Notes: generated from the sequence alone by a model not told the origin. A stretch of DNA of 64,000 nucleotides from an uncultured Gammaproteobacteria bacterium (GCA_963823435.1 CAWGLN010000001.1:852872-916871); one strand, 5' to 3'; positions 47,840 to 58,388 are shown, counted from the first letter of the stretch. Numbers and translations are program-made.

Positions 47840-49906
47840 CTACACTTCTCCATACTGATCGGCCTGGCCAATCCAGCGCCTGATCAGGGCGTCAGCACGC
47901 TGTTTCGGTTCCTGGCACAGCTTCTCAGCTACCGCCTGGACTTGCGGCAACAGGGCCGCATCCCGCAACAGGTCGGCCACCCGCAGCTGCATCAAGCCGG
48001 TCTGCCGGGTCCCCAGGACCTCACCCGGACCGCGAAGTTCCAGGTCCCTCTGGGCAACCACAAAACCGTCATCGGTGCCACGCAATACTTCCAGTCGCGC
48101 GCGCGCCGTGTCCCCCAGGGGCGACTTGTACATTAGTACACAGGCGCTTTGTGCCGAGCCACGTCCCACCCGTCCGCGCAACTGGTGCAACTGGGCCAGA
48201 CCCATGCGCTCGGCATTTTCCACGATCATGAGGCTGGCGTTGGCCACATCGACACCCACTTCAATTACCGTGGTGGCGACCAGCACGTCTACCTGCCCCC
48301 GGCTGAATTCGCTCATGACCTTTTCTTTTTCTGCCGGTTTCATGCGTCCGTGCACCAGTCCGACCTTGAGCCCCTGCAAGGCCTCCGCCAGCAGCGCGGC
48401 GGTTTCCTCCGCCGCCTGGGCCTCGAGGTTTTCCGACACGTCGATCAAGGGGCACACCCAGTAGGCCTGTCGCCCCTCGCCACATGCCCGCTGGACCCGC
48501 GCCACGATGTCTTCACGGCGGCTCTCGGGAATGGCCACCGTGGTGACCGGCTTGCGACCCGGTGGACGCTCGTCAATATAGGAGCAATCCAGGTCCGCGT
48601 AGGCGGTCATGGCCAGAGTACGGGGAATAGGTGTCGCCGACATAATCAGCTGGTGCGGCTGAAGTTCGTCGCGCTCGCCTTTTTGCTTGAGCGCGAGCCG
48701 CTGGTGCACGCCGAATTTATGCTGTTCGTCAATGATGGCAAGTCCCAGGCGGGCAAATTTCACATCGTCCTGGAACAGGGCGTGTGTACCCACAACCAGT
48801 TTGCAGTCTCCGCTGGCCAGCCCGGCCAGGGTCTGCGCTCTTTGCTTGCCCCGGCTTCGCCCCGACAGCCAGCCGACCTCCAGACCCAGCGGCTGCAGCC
48901 ATCCCTGCAGTGTGGCCAGGTGTTGTTCCGCCAGCAATTCGGTGGGCGCCATCAGTGCTGCCTGGTAGCCGGAACCCAGCGCAGCCAGGGCGGCGGCCGT
49001 GGCGACCACCGTCTTGCCGCAACCCACGTCCCCCTGTACCAGGCGCATCATCGGCTCGCCCCGGGCAAGATCCGCCAGGATTTCGCCAATTACCCTGTCC
49101 TGTGCCGCGGTGAGTGTGAACGGTAGCGAGGACAGGTATGCGTCACTCAGTTTCGGATCGGGCCTGATCACAGGCGCTTTGCCACGCCGTACCCGTTCGC
49201 GGAGCTTTCTCAGGCTGAGTTGATGGGCGACCAGTTCCTCGAAGGCCAGGCGCTGCTGGCAGGGGTGAGCACCGGCCGCCAATTGGTCGAGCCGGGCATC
49301 GGGCGGCGGCTTGTGCAGATAGCGTAATGCCTGTACCAGGGTGGGCTGGCTGTGACCGGCCAATTTCAACGGTGGCAGCAGATCCGCCAGACCGCCGGCC
49401 TCCAGCCTGGCTAATGCCTGCGCGACCAGTGCCCGCAACCGGCCTTGCTGAAGGCCTTCCGCGGCCGGGTATACCGGCGTCAGCGTGTCCTGCGGTGGCG
49501 CAGGATCCTCGTTATGCAGTAACTGGTATTCGGGATGGATCATTTCCAGGGCATTGGGTCCGCGACGAACTTCGCCAAACGCCCGGATCAGGGTTCCCGG
49601 CTTGAGTGCGGCCTGCTGACTGCGACTGAAATAGAACATGCGCAGGGTAAGCCAGCCGGTGCCGTCGTGCAGTGAGCACAGCAAGGAGCGCCGACGTCGA
49701 TAGGCAACCTCGCACAGTTGCACTTCGGCCTGGATTAGCGCCCGGTCCCCGGCCCGCAACTCACCCAGCGGTGTAATCCGGGTGCGGTCCTCGTAGCGTA
49801 GCGGCAGCAGAAACAGCAAGTCCTGCACCCGCTCCAGTCCGATCTTTTGCAGACGTTGGGCCAGTGACGGGCCCACGCCCCGCAGCGCCGTGACGGGCGC
49901 CAGCAT
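47840..49906 (-). CDS. recG: ATP-dependent DNA helicase RecG
   Basis: LRGVGPSLAQRLQKIGL..DLLFLLPLRYEDRT wedge domain, GDVGCGKT, DEQHKFG and QLRGRVGRG. Confidence 0.9.
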   Translation of the reverse strand: MLAPVTALRGVGPSLAQRLQKIGLERVQDLLFLLPLRYEDRTRITPLGELRAGDRALIQAEVQLCEVAYRRRRSLLCSLHDGTGWLTLRMFYFSRSQQAALKPGTLIRAFGEVRRGPNALEMIHPEYQLLHNEDPAPPQDTLTPVYPAAEGLQQGRLRALVAQALARLEAGGLADLLPPLKLAGHSQPTLVQALRYLHKPPPDARLDQLAAGAHPCQQRLAFEELVAHQLSLRKLRERVRRGKAPVIRPDPKLSDAYLSSLPFTLTAAQDRVIGEILADLARGEPMMRLVQGDVGCGKTVVATAAALAALGSGYQAALMAPTELLAEQHLATLQGWLQPLGLEVGWLSGRSRGKQRAQTLAGLASGDCKLVVGTHALFQDDVKFARLGLAIIDEQHKFGVHQRLALKQKGERDELQPHQLIMSATPIPRTLAMTAYADLDCSYIDERPPGRKPVTTVAIPESRREDIVARVQRACGEGRQAYWVCPLIDVSENLEAQAAEETAALLAEALQGLKVGLVHGRMKPAEKEKVMSEFSRGQVDVLVATTVIEVGVDVANASLMIVENAERMGLAQLHQLRGRVGRGSAQSACVLMYKSPLGDTARARLEVLRGTDDGFVVAQRDLELRGPGEVLGTRQTGLMQLRVADLLRDAALLPQVQAVAEKLCQEPKQRADALIRRWIGQADQYGEV

Positions 49907-49966
49907 CGGGTCACCGTGCACACCGCTGTCCTTTCCTGGCACCTGTTCCTCCGAGTCTCGCGGAGC

Positions 49967-50356
49967 CTAGCCTCCCGTGGGGAGCATCATGATCGCATCC
50001 ACCTCGACCTCGGCGCCCTTGGGTAACTCGCGTACTCCAATCGCCGCACGCGCGGGGTAGGGCTTGGAGAAATACTCGGCCATCACCGCGTTTACCCTGG
50101 GGAACTTTTCCATCTCGGTCAGGTAGACGGTCAGTCGAACCATATCGTCCAGTTCTCCCCCGGCGGCCCTGGCCACAGCCTGCAGATTTTTGAACACCTG
50201 GTGAGCGCTGGCTTCGAAATCGCCTTCGACCAGTTGCATGCTGGCCGGGACAAGCGGGATCTGTCCCGACAGAAACACCAGGTTGCCGGCCCGTATGGCT
50301 TGAGAATAGGGGCCGATGGCGGCCGGTGCGTTATCTGTATGAATGGCTTTTTTCAT
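49967..50356 (-). CDS. ridA: RidA family reactive-intermediate deaminase
   Basis: APAAIGPYSQAI..GNLVFLSGQIP... PARAAIGVRELPKGAEVEV. Confidence 0.9.
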   Translation of the reverse strand: MKKAIHTDNAPAAIGPYSQAIRAGNLVFLSGQIPLVPASMQLVEGDFEASAHQVFKNLQAVARAAGGELDDMVRLTVYLTEMEKFPRVNAVMAEYFSKPYPARAAIGVRELPKGAEVEVDAIMMLPTGG

Positions 50357-50386
50357 GTTGTATCCCGGAACGTTGAGTGGGGGGCT

Positions 50387-52538
50387 TCAAGCGGTTCTTC
50401 TTGCTACCCGGTAAACATCTTTCATTGACCTGATGCCGCGTAGCACCTGGGCGAGGTGAGCGCGATTCTTCACCTGCACCTGGAAGCTCAAGGTAGAGGT
50501 ATTGCCATCACGTTCATCAATGGACACGGCTTCGATATTGGAATTGCAGTCGGAGATGGTTGCGGCCACGGCCGCCAGGACACCGACCCGATTAACCACC
50601 TGCGCCCTGATTTCCACGTTGAAGTCCCGGTCTATGCGGGGCTTCCAGCTGACGCTGATCCAGCGCTCGGGCTGCTTGCGGTATTCCACGAGGTTGCCGC
50701 AATCATCGCGGTGAATGACGATCCCCCGACCGGTGCTCAGGTAGCCCATGATGGAATCGCCGGGTATCGGTGAGCAACAACGCGCATAGGTCACTACCAT
50801 GCCCTCGGTGCCGCTGATGGCCAGCGGTTCGCTGGTGGGCAGCGGGCCGGTGTCGTCGCTTGCCAGCAGCCTTCGCGCTATCAGGGGCGCCATGCGCTCG
50901 CCCAGTCCAATCTGGGTGTACAAGCTCGGTCGGTTCCTTCAAACCAAGTTCTTCGGCCAGTTCCTGTATTTTGGTGTTGCCGACTTTGCGTATGGATAGC
51001 GAGTAGTCCCTGAGCGCGTTCTCGAGCAAGCGCCTGCCCAGGTCCACCGCCTCATGCAGCTGCATTTTCTTGAGGTAATGACGGATAGCGGTGCGTGCCT
51101 TGGCGGTGGCCACGAAGTTGACCCAGGCAGGATTCGGGTGGCCACCCTTTGCGGTAATGATTTCCACCGTTTCGCCATTGCGTAAATGGGTGCGCAAGGG
51201 TACCAGCCGACGGTTGATCTTGGCTGCCACGCAGCGATCACCCACGGCGGTGTGCACGGCGTAGGCAAAGTCCACGCAGGTGGATCCCCGGGGCAGTCTC
51301 AGGATCTCGCCCTTGGGTGTGAAAACGTAAACCTTGTCAGGGAACAGGTCGACTTTCACGGATTCCAGGAATTCCTCGGAATTGCTGCCGTCCTGCATTT
51401 CCATCAGGTTGCTCAGCCACTCCCTGGCGCGGGTATGCGGCGCCGAGTTTCCGCTCTCGCCCAACTTGTATTGCCAATGTGCGGCGATACCGGATTCGGC
51501 CACCTTGTCCATCTCCGCGGTACGAATCTGTACTTCGATGGGCATGCTGTTTGGGCCGAACAGGGTGGTGTGCAGCGACTGGTAGCCGTTGACCCTCGGG
51601 ATGGCAATGTAGTCCTTGAAACGTCCTGGCATGGGTTTGTACAGGCGGTGGACCAGGCCCAGGGCGCGATAACAGGTGTCTGCCTTGTCCACGATGATAC
51701 GAAAGCCGAACACATCAACGATTTCGGCCAGGCTGCGGCTCTTGCTGCGCATCTTGCGGTAAATGCTGTACAGGTGCTTTTCCCTGCCCATCACCGTGGC
51801 TTCTATACCCTCTCCGGCCAGGGTTTTCTCCAGATTCTGAAGGATGCTTTTTATGAATTGTTTCTGGTTGCCCCTGGCTTTTTTCAGCGCCCGCTCAATA
51901 ACCCGGTAGCGTTGCGGGTGCATATGTCTGAAACCCTGGTCCTGCAATTCCAGGCGAATACTGTTGATACCCAGTCGGTTGGCGATGGGCGCGTATATTT
52001 CCAGGGTTTCCCTCGCGATCCGTCGCCGTTTGGCCGGGGACAGGGCATCCAGGGTTTGCATGTTGTGGCAGCGGTCGGCCAGCTTTACCAGGATGACTCG
52101 TATGTCCTCCACCATGGCCAGGATCATTTTCCTGAAGCTGGCGGCCTGGGCTTCCTCGTGACTGCTGAAAGTCAGTTTGTCCAGCTTGCTGACCCCGTCC
52201 ACGAGGCCCGCAACCTCGCTGCCGAAACGTTCGGAAATCTCTTCCTTGAGCGCCGGGGTGTCCTCGATCACGTCGTGCAGCAGGGCCGCCTTGATGGTCT
52301 GCGGGTCCAGGTGCAGGTCGGCCAGTATGGTGGCTACGGCCACCGGATGGGTGATGTAGGCTTCCCCCGTCTGTCGTTGCTGGCCCTTGTGTGCCTCTTC
52401 CGCAAAATTGAAGGCATCGATAATGCTCTCTACCTCCGCTTCGGGGAGGTAGGTCTCAAGTCGTGATATGAGTCTGGGGAGGCCCGTGGAGCGCTTGCCC
52501 TTGGGCAGCCGGCCGAAGATGGCTGCGGCGTAGTCCAT
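50387..52538 (-). CDS. spoT: Bifunctional (p)ppGpp synthetase/hydrolase SpoT, frame-disrupted
   Basis: It is collinear with E. coli SpoT: the HD domain (YITHPVAVATILADLHLD..LLHDVIEDT), the synthetase domain (YIAIPRVNGYQSLHT), and the TGS and ACT domains. There is one shift near 50924-50930 (..LGLKEPT/..LYTQIGLGERM). The length is 3n+1. Confidence 0.9.
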
Positions 52539-52557
52539 GGACTGGTGCGCTCCCGGT

Positions 52558-52845
52558 TTAGCCCCCTAGCGGCGGCAGGGCGCTAGATGACAGGTTTTCG
52601 AACGATGCACGGGCTTCTTCTTCCAGCATGTCCTGCATGGACTGGTCGGATTCCTTAAGAATCTCGCGGCCTACATGGCCAGCGGCCACCTCGCGCAACG
52701 CAACCACCGTGGGTTTGTCATTTTCCCAATCAACAAAGGGTTCGGCGCCATTGGCTACCCTGCGTGCTCTTTTCGATGCGATCAACACAAGGTCAAACAG
52801 GTTATCGACCTTTTCAAGACAGTCTTCTACGGTAATGCGAGCCAT
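52558..52845 (-). CDS. rpoZ: DNA-directed RNA polymerase subunit omega
   Basis: It begins [29 protein letters not shown]. Confidence 0.9.
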   Translation of the reverse strand: MARITVEDCLEKVDNLFDLVLIASKRARRVANGAEPFVDWENDKPTVVALREVAAGHVGREILKESDQSMQDMLEEEARASFENLSSSALPPLGG

Positions 52846-52945
52846 CGCATAACTCCTGATATCAAGTGTACGGGCCCCGATAGAACGGGACGAAAGAAGC
52901 AGTCTACCCTATGCGGTCGGACTGAATCCATATTTTGCGCGGGTT

Positions 52946-53566
52946 TCAGCCTTGAAGGGTGTCCGCAAACTCGCTCAATCCCGGCCGCTGGGCCCGACTG
53001 CCGTCGCCGTTGCCGGCGATAACCCTTGCCAACTCCTGCAAGGCCTTTTCCAGCTGGTCGTTGACGATGACGAAATCGAAATCCCGCCAGTGGGTGATAT
53101 CAGACCTGGATTGCGCCAGTCTGCGAGCGATGACCGTGGCCGAATCGGTGCCACGTCCCCGTAATCGTCTCTCAAGCTCTGCGGCACTGGGCGGGAGGAT
53201 GAAAATGCTGCGACAGTCGGGCATCCGCTGACGCACAAGCTCGGCACCTTGCCAGTCAATTTCAAGAATGACGTGGAAACCCTGGTCTAGCAGGTCCTGG
53301 ACCGACTGCCGGCTGGTGCCATAGCAATTGCCAAAAACTTCTGCATGTTCAAGAAAGGCATCCTGATGTACCAGACGCTGGAATTCCTCTCGCGAAACAA
53401 AGTGATAGTGACGGCCATCCACCTCGTTTTCGCGCCTGGGACGGGTGGTATGGGAGACAGACAGACGCACCCGGTCCATCCTCTCCACAATGGCGCTAAC
53501 CAGGGTGGTCTTGCCGGCCCCGCTGGGGGCGGACACCACGAACAGTTTTCCCTTGTCTGTTGCCAC
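52946..53566 (-). CDS. gmk: Guanylate kinase
   Basis: GKLFVVSAPSGAGKTTLV P-loop, TTRPRRENEVDGRHYHF, a GTG start at 53566, and 206 aa. Confidence 0.9.
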   Translation of the reverse strand: MATDKGKLFVVSAPSGAGKTTLVSAIVERMDRVRLSVSHTTRPRRENEVDGRHYHFVSREEFQRLVHQDAFLEHAEVFGNCYGTSRQSVQDLLDQGFHVILEIDWQGAELVRQRMPDCRSIFILPPSAAELERRLRGRGTDSATVIARRLAQSRSDITHWRDFDFVIVNDQLEKALQELARVIAGNGDGSRAQRPGLSEFADTLQG

Positions 53567-53862
53567 CTTGCCTTCCGTTATGTGCCCTGCCTGATCACAG
53601 GCGTGAATTATAAGGCCTGGACTCGATAGCCTGTGCAATAGTCCCTTTCTTCCTATCAACAAGCGCCTGGCTGGGCGCCAAATACGCAAGAGATGTGCTC
53701 CGCCTGCTACGAGTCAGCCGGTTTCAACCCGGGTTTCTCGGTCAGGTCTATGGTCGCCCAGATTACGACTAATGCCAACATCGTGGCTTAACGAAATCTG
53801 CTTGCCTTTTCATTCCGTGCCCGGAAGGGAATCTCTGGCGGCCGTGGTTTTCCCGGGTGCAT

Positions 53863-53891
53863 TTGACAGAAGCGAGAAGTTCGGCTGTTAT
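53863..53891 (+). promoter_or_regulatory. Candidate sigma70 promoter for the orphan ORF
   Basis: TTGACA (53863-53868), a 17-nt spacer, then TGTTAT (53886-53891), about 100 nt upstream of ATG 53995. This is a pattern match only. Confidence 0.25.
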
Positions 53892-53994
53892 TCCGGCTAG
53901 GGTGATCGGATTGGTGGCTCGGCCCGTTCTGTGAGACAAACACTGCCTGTCCAGAAAAAGTTCTACCCAAGAAATATGAGGATGAGAGAGAAGA

Positions 53995-54990
53995 ATGAGT
54001 AATCCAGATTTCCGCACAGCGATCCGTAACCAGGCATTGACCGTCAAGGGCGATATGCTGGCGGGTCAGATTCAGAAGCTCAGCGCGGCCGCGCTGCGGA
54101 AGGAATTGGCGGAACTTTCCGGGACCCGCTATGTCCGCGACACGGCCCGTAACATTCCCCAGGGGGAATCACCGGTGAAGCCTGCAGTCGCACAAGCGGG
54201 CCCGCAATCGATGGCGCCCGAAGCGCTTTGCGAAGTATTTAGCCAGGCATCCGAGGTGGCCATGTTAGCCATCTATTCCGGCATACAGGATTGGTCAATG
54301 ATGACGACCTTGAACGGTGTGATGGCCCAGGGAGTGGTGGCAATCAGTTCGCCGGGCTGCCTCAAGCCGGGCGAGTGCCCAACTATGAAGAGTCATCTAG
54401 ATTTGGGGTTTGCGTCTGCAACTCCCCAGATGCAGACATGGGCGAAAAAATTTGCAGAGGGCCTGGTCAAGGGCGCCAACGCCTCGTTGAGTGCCTGGGC
54501 TACCAGTTTCTCAATTGTGGGGCTGCCCCTGTTTCCGGCCCCTGGGCCTGGTGTGCCCTACCCGATGTCCCAGGCTTCGCAATCCACAGACTTGCTGTCA
54601 GTGAACAATATCGACGCCTTTATGATGTCGTCCGGGGCCCGCGTCGATAATCTGCCAAATTCCGGCTCGAAAACCTCATCCAGACACAGCCTGGACAGCG
54701 CGGCCAGGATGTACGTGGCGCGTGTGACTTCCGGCATGCTGAAATTCGCGATTTCGATTTCCCAGATTACCAACTTGCTGAGACTCCCGATGCCGCCTAA
54801 CGTGCCGATTGGCCCAGTGATTTCGACGCCTGGAGTACTGCGCAACCTGGGCGAGAACCTGCCGCATCCAAGCAAATGGAGCGTCAACGGATTCCCGAGT
54901 AGCGGTATCGACCTGGCCTTGCGAGAAGACCTGAAAAAGGTCGCGTTAGGTGCGGTCGACGCGCCGAATGCTCCACCGCCGCCAGGATAA
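53995..54990 (+). CDS. Hypothetical protein with no family recognised (331 aa)
   Basis: A long uninterrupted ORF with host-like third-position GC. A purine-rich stretch (GAGGATGAGAGAGAAGA) precedes the ATG. There is no signal peptide or TM segment. The protein is rich in Ser, Ala, Pro and Gly and ends ..APNAPPPPG. A terminator follows. Confidence 0.6.
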   Translation: MSNPDFRTAIRNQALTVKGDMLAGQIQKLSAAALRKELAELSGTRYVRDTARNIPQGESPVKPAVAQAGPQSMAPEALCEVFSQASEVAMLAIYSGIQDWSMMTTLNGVMAQGVVAISSPGCLKPGECPTMKSHLDLGFASATPQMQTWAKKFAEGLVKGANASLSAWATSFSIVGLPLFPAPGPGVPYPMSQASQSTDLLSVNNIDAFMMSSGARVDNLPNSGSKTSSRHSLDSAARMYVARVTSGMLKFAISISQITNLLRLPMPPNVPIGPVISTPGVLRNLGENLPHPSKWSVNGFPSSGIDLALREDLKKVALGAVDAPNAPPPPG

Positions 54991-54998
54991 AGGGATCT

Positions 54999-55029
54999 GA
55001 AAAGGGGCCAGAGTGAGGCACCCCTTTTT
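54999..55029 (+). terminator. Rho-independent terminator after the orphan ORF
   Basis: GAAAAGGGGCC-agagtga-GGCACCCCTTTTT. Confidence 0.55.
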
Positions 55030-55116
55030 ATCCTTGTTTTGTCATGTGGAAATCTACTCTGACCCGTTGATCCAGGACAACTTGTGGCCTAGGCCACATT
55101 GCGGGAAACTGCTTCA

Positions 55117-55869
55117 ATGCTGAACTTCAAAGAAGTGGTGAAACGGTATGGAAAAACCACTGCATTGCATAGCACAAACCTGCATATAGCTGCAGAGAAG
55201 ACCACCGTTTTAATTGGCCCAAGTGGTTGTGGGAAGTCAACTTTGCTACGGCTGATCGCCGGCCTGGAAACACCGGATGAGGGCGAAATTCGTTTTGCAG
55301 GAACGCCGCTTACCCCCTCCACTATCAATGAATTGCGTCATCGAATGGGTTACGTTATCCAGGAGGGTGGGCTGTTTCCCCATTTCACGGCAGAGCGAAA
55401 TGTGACACTCATGGCCCGTCAGTTGAACTGGCCGAGCGAGCGCATAAACCACCGCCTGGAGGAACTGACAGACCTGGTGCACCTTCCGGAAAGGCTTCTG
55501 CACCATTATCCAAATGAGCTCTCTGGCGGCCAGCGCCAGCGTATCAGCTTGATGCGCGCATTGATGCTGGATCCCGATCTGTTACTTCTCGACGAGCCAC
55601 TGGGCGCCCTTGATCCGCTGATCCGTTATGAGTTGCAACAGGAGTTGAAGGGGATTTTTGAACGCCTGGACAAGACGGTGGTTATGGTCACACATGATAT
55701 TGCCGAAGCCGCGTTTTTTGGACATTCACTGGTACTGATGCGCGATGGCAAAGTCGTCCAGCACGGGCCATTCCAGGAATTAGCTCATCACCCAGCCGAA
55801 TCTTTCGTTGTGCATTTCGTGGAAGCACAAAGAAGGCAACTGATGAATCTGAGTCAGGCACTGTCATGA
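55117..55869 (+). CDS. ABC transporter ATP-binding protein (osmoprotectant/choline-betaine type, no CBS tail)
   Basis: Walker A (GPSGCGKSTLLR), signature (LSGGQRQRISL) and Walker B (LLLLDEP). The stop overlaps the next gene by 4 nt. Confidence 0.85.
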   Translation: MLNFKEVVKRYGKTTALHSTNLHIAAEKTTVLIGPSGCGKSTLLRLIAGLETPDEGEIRFAGTPLTPSTINELRHRMGYVIQEGGLFPHFTAERNVTLMARQLNWPSERINHRLEELTDLVHLPERLLHHYPNELSGGQRQRISLMRALMLDPDLLLLDEPLGALDPLIRYELQQELKGIFERLDKTVVMVTHDIAEAAFFGHSLVLMRDGKVVQHGPFQELAHHPAESFVVHFVEAQRRQLMNLSQALS

Positions 55870-57377
55870 TATTCCGCCAAACGGCTTATCGCTGGGTTGT
55901 GTCTGCCTTGCTGGCGCTGGCCATGCAGGCATCGCCGGCACTTGCGGCGGACGATGAAGTCGTACGGGTTGGCTCCAAGAAATTTACCGAGTCGGTCGTG
56001 CTGGGAGAAATGACTCGCTTGTTGGCGGAATCGGCGCAGAGCCCGGCCATTCATCTGCGCGAACTTGGGGGCACCCGAATATTATGGAATGCTCTGTTGG
56101 CGGGAGAGATTGATGCCTATGCCGAGTATACCGGAACCCTGTTTCAAGAAATCCTGGTCAACGAAAACATCACCAGCATGGATGCACTGAACGACAGTTT
56201 GCGTGCCAAGGGCCTACGGATGACCGGGTCGCTGGGGTTTAACAATACCTTTGCCATGGCGACCAGCCAGGACGTGGCGGAAAAATTCAAGCTCAAAGCC
56301 ATCTCCGACCTGCGTGATCATCCGGACCTGGTGTTTGGCTTTGGTAATGAATTCCTGGATCGGGCGGATGGCTGGCCGGGTCTGAAGCAGCGATACGGTT
56401 TGCACCAGCGTAACGTCCGTGGACTGGATCACGACCTTGCCTATCGTGGTCTCGCCTCGGGTATGTTGCAGCTTGTCGATGCCTATTCGACCGATGCGGA
56501 AATCGCCTATTACAACCTGTACCTGCTGGAAGACGACCTGTCCTATTTCCCGGTCTACAACCCGGTCATTTTGTACCGCGCAGAACTCGAGCAGAACGCA
56601 CCCAAAGTCGTAGCGAGGTTCAGGCAGCTCAGTGGACGCATCAGTGCCGGCACAATGTCCCGGCTAAATGCCCTGGTCAAAATCGATCATCGGCCCGAAA
56701 TTACCGTGGCGGCTGACTTTCTAAGGGAAGATCTGGGCCTGCAGGCCGAGACTCGTGTCGCAAGTGCCTGGGAAAAATTTCGCCAGCGTACGATCGAACA
56801 CCTGACACTCGTGGTCATTTCACTGACTGCGGCGCTGGCCGTGTCATTGCCGCTGGGTATCTTCGCGGCTCATAACCCGCGAGTCGGCCATATCATTCTC
56901 GCGATTGTCGGCATGATACAGACCATACCGTCGCTGGCCCTTTTCGTATTCATGATTCCGCTGCTGGGCATTGGCGGCCCGCCCGCGGTGGTGGCCTTAT
57001 TCCTTTACAGTTTGCTGCCGATCGTTCGCAATACACACGCAGGCTTGACCAATATTCCCCGCTCGATCAGTGAATCGGCGCTGGTGCTGGGTATTTCCCC
57101 CGGATCGCGATTGTGGTTAATCGAATTGCCGCTGGCGGCAAGCACCATACTTGCCGGAATCAAAACAGCAGCGGTGATTAATGTTGGTACGGCGACACTG
57201 GCGGCCCTGATTGGCGCCGGCGGTTACGGTCAACCCATACTGACAGGCATCCGGCTCGACAACACTTCATTGATATTACAGGGCGCTATTCCCGCCGCTG
57301 CGCTGGCTCTGCTGGTCCAGGCGCTGTTTGAGATAGCAGAGCGAAAAGTGGTCCCGCGAGGGTTAAAGAGTTCTTGA
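55866..57377 (+). CDS. Fused osmoprotectant substrate-binding domain + ABC permease
   Basis: The N-terminal signal and OpuBC/YehZ-like binding domain (VRVGSKKFTESVVLGEM..DAYAEYTGT) are followed by a permease with an EAA-type loop (..ESALVLGISPGSRLW.IELPLA). Confidence 0.8.
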   Translation: MIFRQTAYRWVVSALLALAMQASPALAADDEVVRVGSKKFTESVVLGEMTRLLAESAQSPAIHLRELGGTRILWNALLAGEIDAYAEYTGTLFQEILVNENITSMDALNDSLRAKGLRMTGSLGFNNTFAMATSQDVAEKFKLKAISDLRDHPDLVFGFGNEFLDRADGWPGLKQRYGLHQRNVRGLDHDLAYRGLASGMLQLVDAYSTDAEIAYYNLYLLEDDLSYFPVYNPVILYRAELEQNAPKVVARFRQLSGRISAGTMSRLNALVKIDHRPEITVAADFLREDLGLQAETRVASAWEKFRQRTIEHLTLVVISLTAALAVSLPLGIFAAHNPRVGHIILAIVGMIQTIPSLALFVFMIPLLGIGGPPAVVALFLYSLLPIVRNTHAGLTNIPRSISESALVLGISPGSRLWLIELPLAASTILAGIKTAAVINVGTATLAALIGAGGYGQPILTGIRLDNTSLILQGAIPAAALALLVQALFEIAERKVVPRGLKSS

Positions 57378-57521
57378 TTAGGTAAAAAGGGGTCAGGGTG
57401 CTTTTTCGGTCGCCCCGAAATCAACCGGTGGCAAGCGGAACGTCTCGGCAGTTGAATATCGATTCCGACGTTGAGCTATCCAGGGGATGTGCAGGTCGAC
57501 ACATCGGGCCCTGCCTGAATT

Positions 57522-58388
57522 TTACTCGATATTCTGTGCCTGCTCGCGCATCTGCTCAACCAGTACCTTGATGTCCACCGCACACTGGGTGGTGCGGATA
57601 TCCTGGGATTTTGATGACAGGGTGTTGGCCTCGCGGTTGAACTCCTGGATCAGGAAATCCAGCCGGCGTCCCACCGGCTCATCGCTGCCCAGGACATTCC
57701 GCATTTCTGCCAGGTGACTTTCCAGCCGGTCCAGTTCTTCAGCCACATCCATTTTTTGAGCCAGGAACACCAGTTCCTGTTCAAGCCTTTCCTGGTCGAT
57801 TTCCTGGCTTATCTTTTCCAGTCTCTCAACTATCCGTGAGCGTATGGCTTCATGCACGGCGGGAAGGTCGGCGCGCACTTCGGCGACCTTTTGGGCGATA
57901 CCGTCACAGCGTTCCAGCAACATGACCTTGAGACGCCCGCCCTCCGACAAGCGGCCCTGGATTAACTGGTCAAGACCGGTGCCAAGCAGCGTCTTTGCGT
58001 GTTCCGCCAGCGGCTCCATGTCCTGCTTGGCTTCCGCAGTGACGCCGGGCCAGCGCAGCAGTTCCAGGGGGTTGGTCGGTGCGGCATTCGCCAATTCGGC
58101 ACTGACTTGTTCAGTCAGCGACACCAGACCTTTGAGCAAGTCCTGGTTGATTGTCGGCAGGCCCGCAGCACCGGCATTTGGGCGAAAACGAATGCTGCAA
58201 TCGACTTTGCCGCGATTGATCCGATTGGATACCAGTTGCCGTAGGGCGGCTTCCTGGGTTCGCAACTCTTCTGGCAGGCGTAACTGCAAATCCAGAAAGC
58301 GGTTGTTCACACTGCGTATCTCGCAGGTCAGGCAACCCAATTCGGTGTCGAGCTCGCAACGAGAGAACGCGGTCATACTCTGGGTCAT
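57522..58388 (-). CDS. yicC: YicC family stress-induced protein
   Basis: SMTAFSRCE......EIRSVNNRFLDLQLRLPEEL and a C-terminal ..EFNREANTLSSKS... block. Confidence 0.85.
   Translation of the reverse strand: MTQSMTAFSRCELDTELGCLTCEIRSVNNRFLDLQLRLPEELRTQEAALRQLVSNRINRGKVDCSIRFRPNAGAAGLPTINQDLLKGLVSLTEQVSAELANAAPTNPLELLRWPGVTAEAKQDMEPLAEHAKTLLGTGLDQLIQGRLSEGGRLKVMLLERCDGIAQKVAEVRADLPAVHEAIRSRIVERLEKISQEIDQERLEQELVFLAQKMDVAEELDRLESHLAEMRNVLGSDEPVGRRLDFLIQEFNREANTLSSKSQDIRTTQCAVDIKVLVEQMREQAQNIE

Noticed and set aside
3856-52538. Programmed ribosomal frameshifting as an explanation for the split genes.
   Set aside because: The shift sites are plain G/C runs without slippery heptamers or downstream structures. 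They occur in unrelated gene families that are not known to use recoding.
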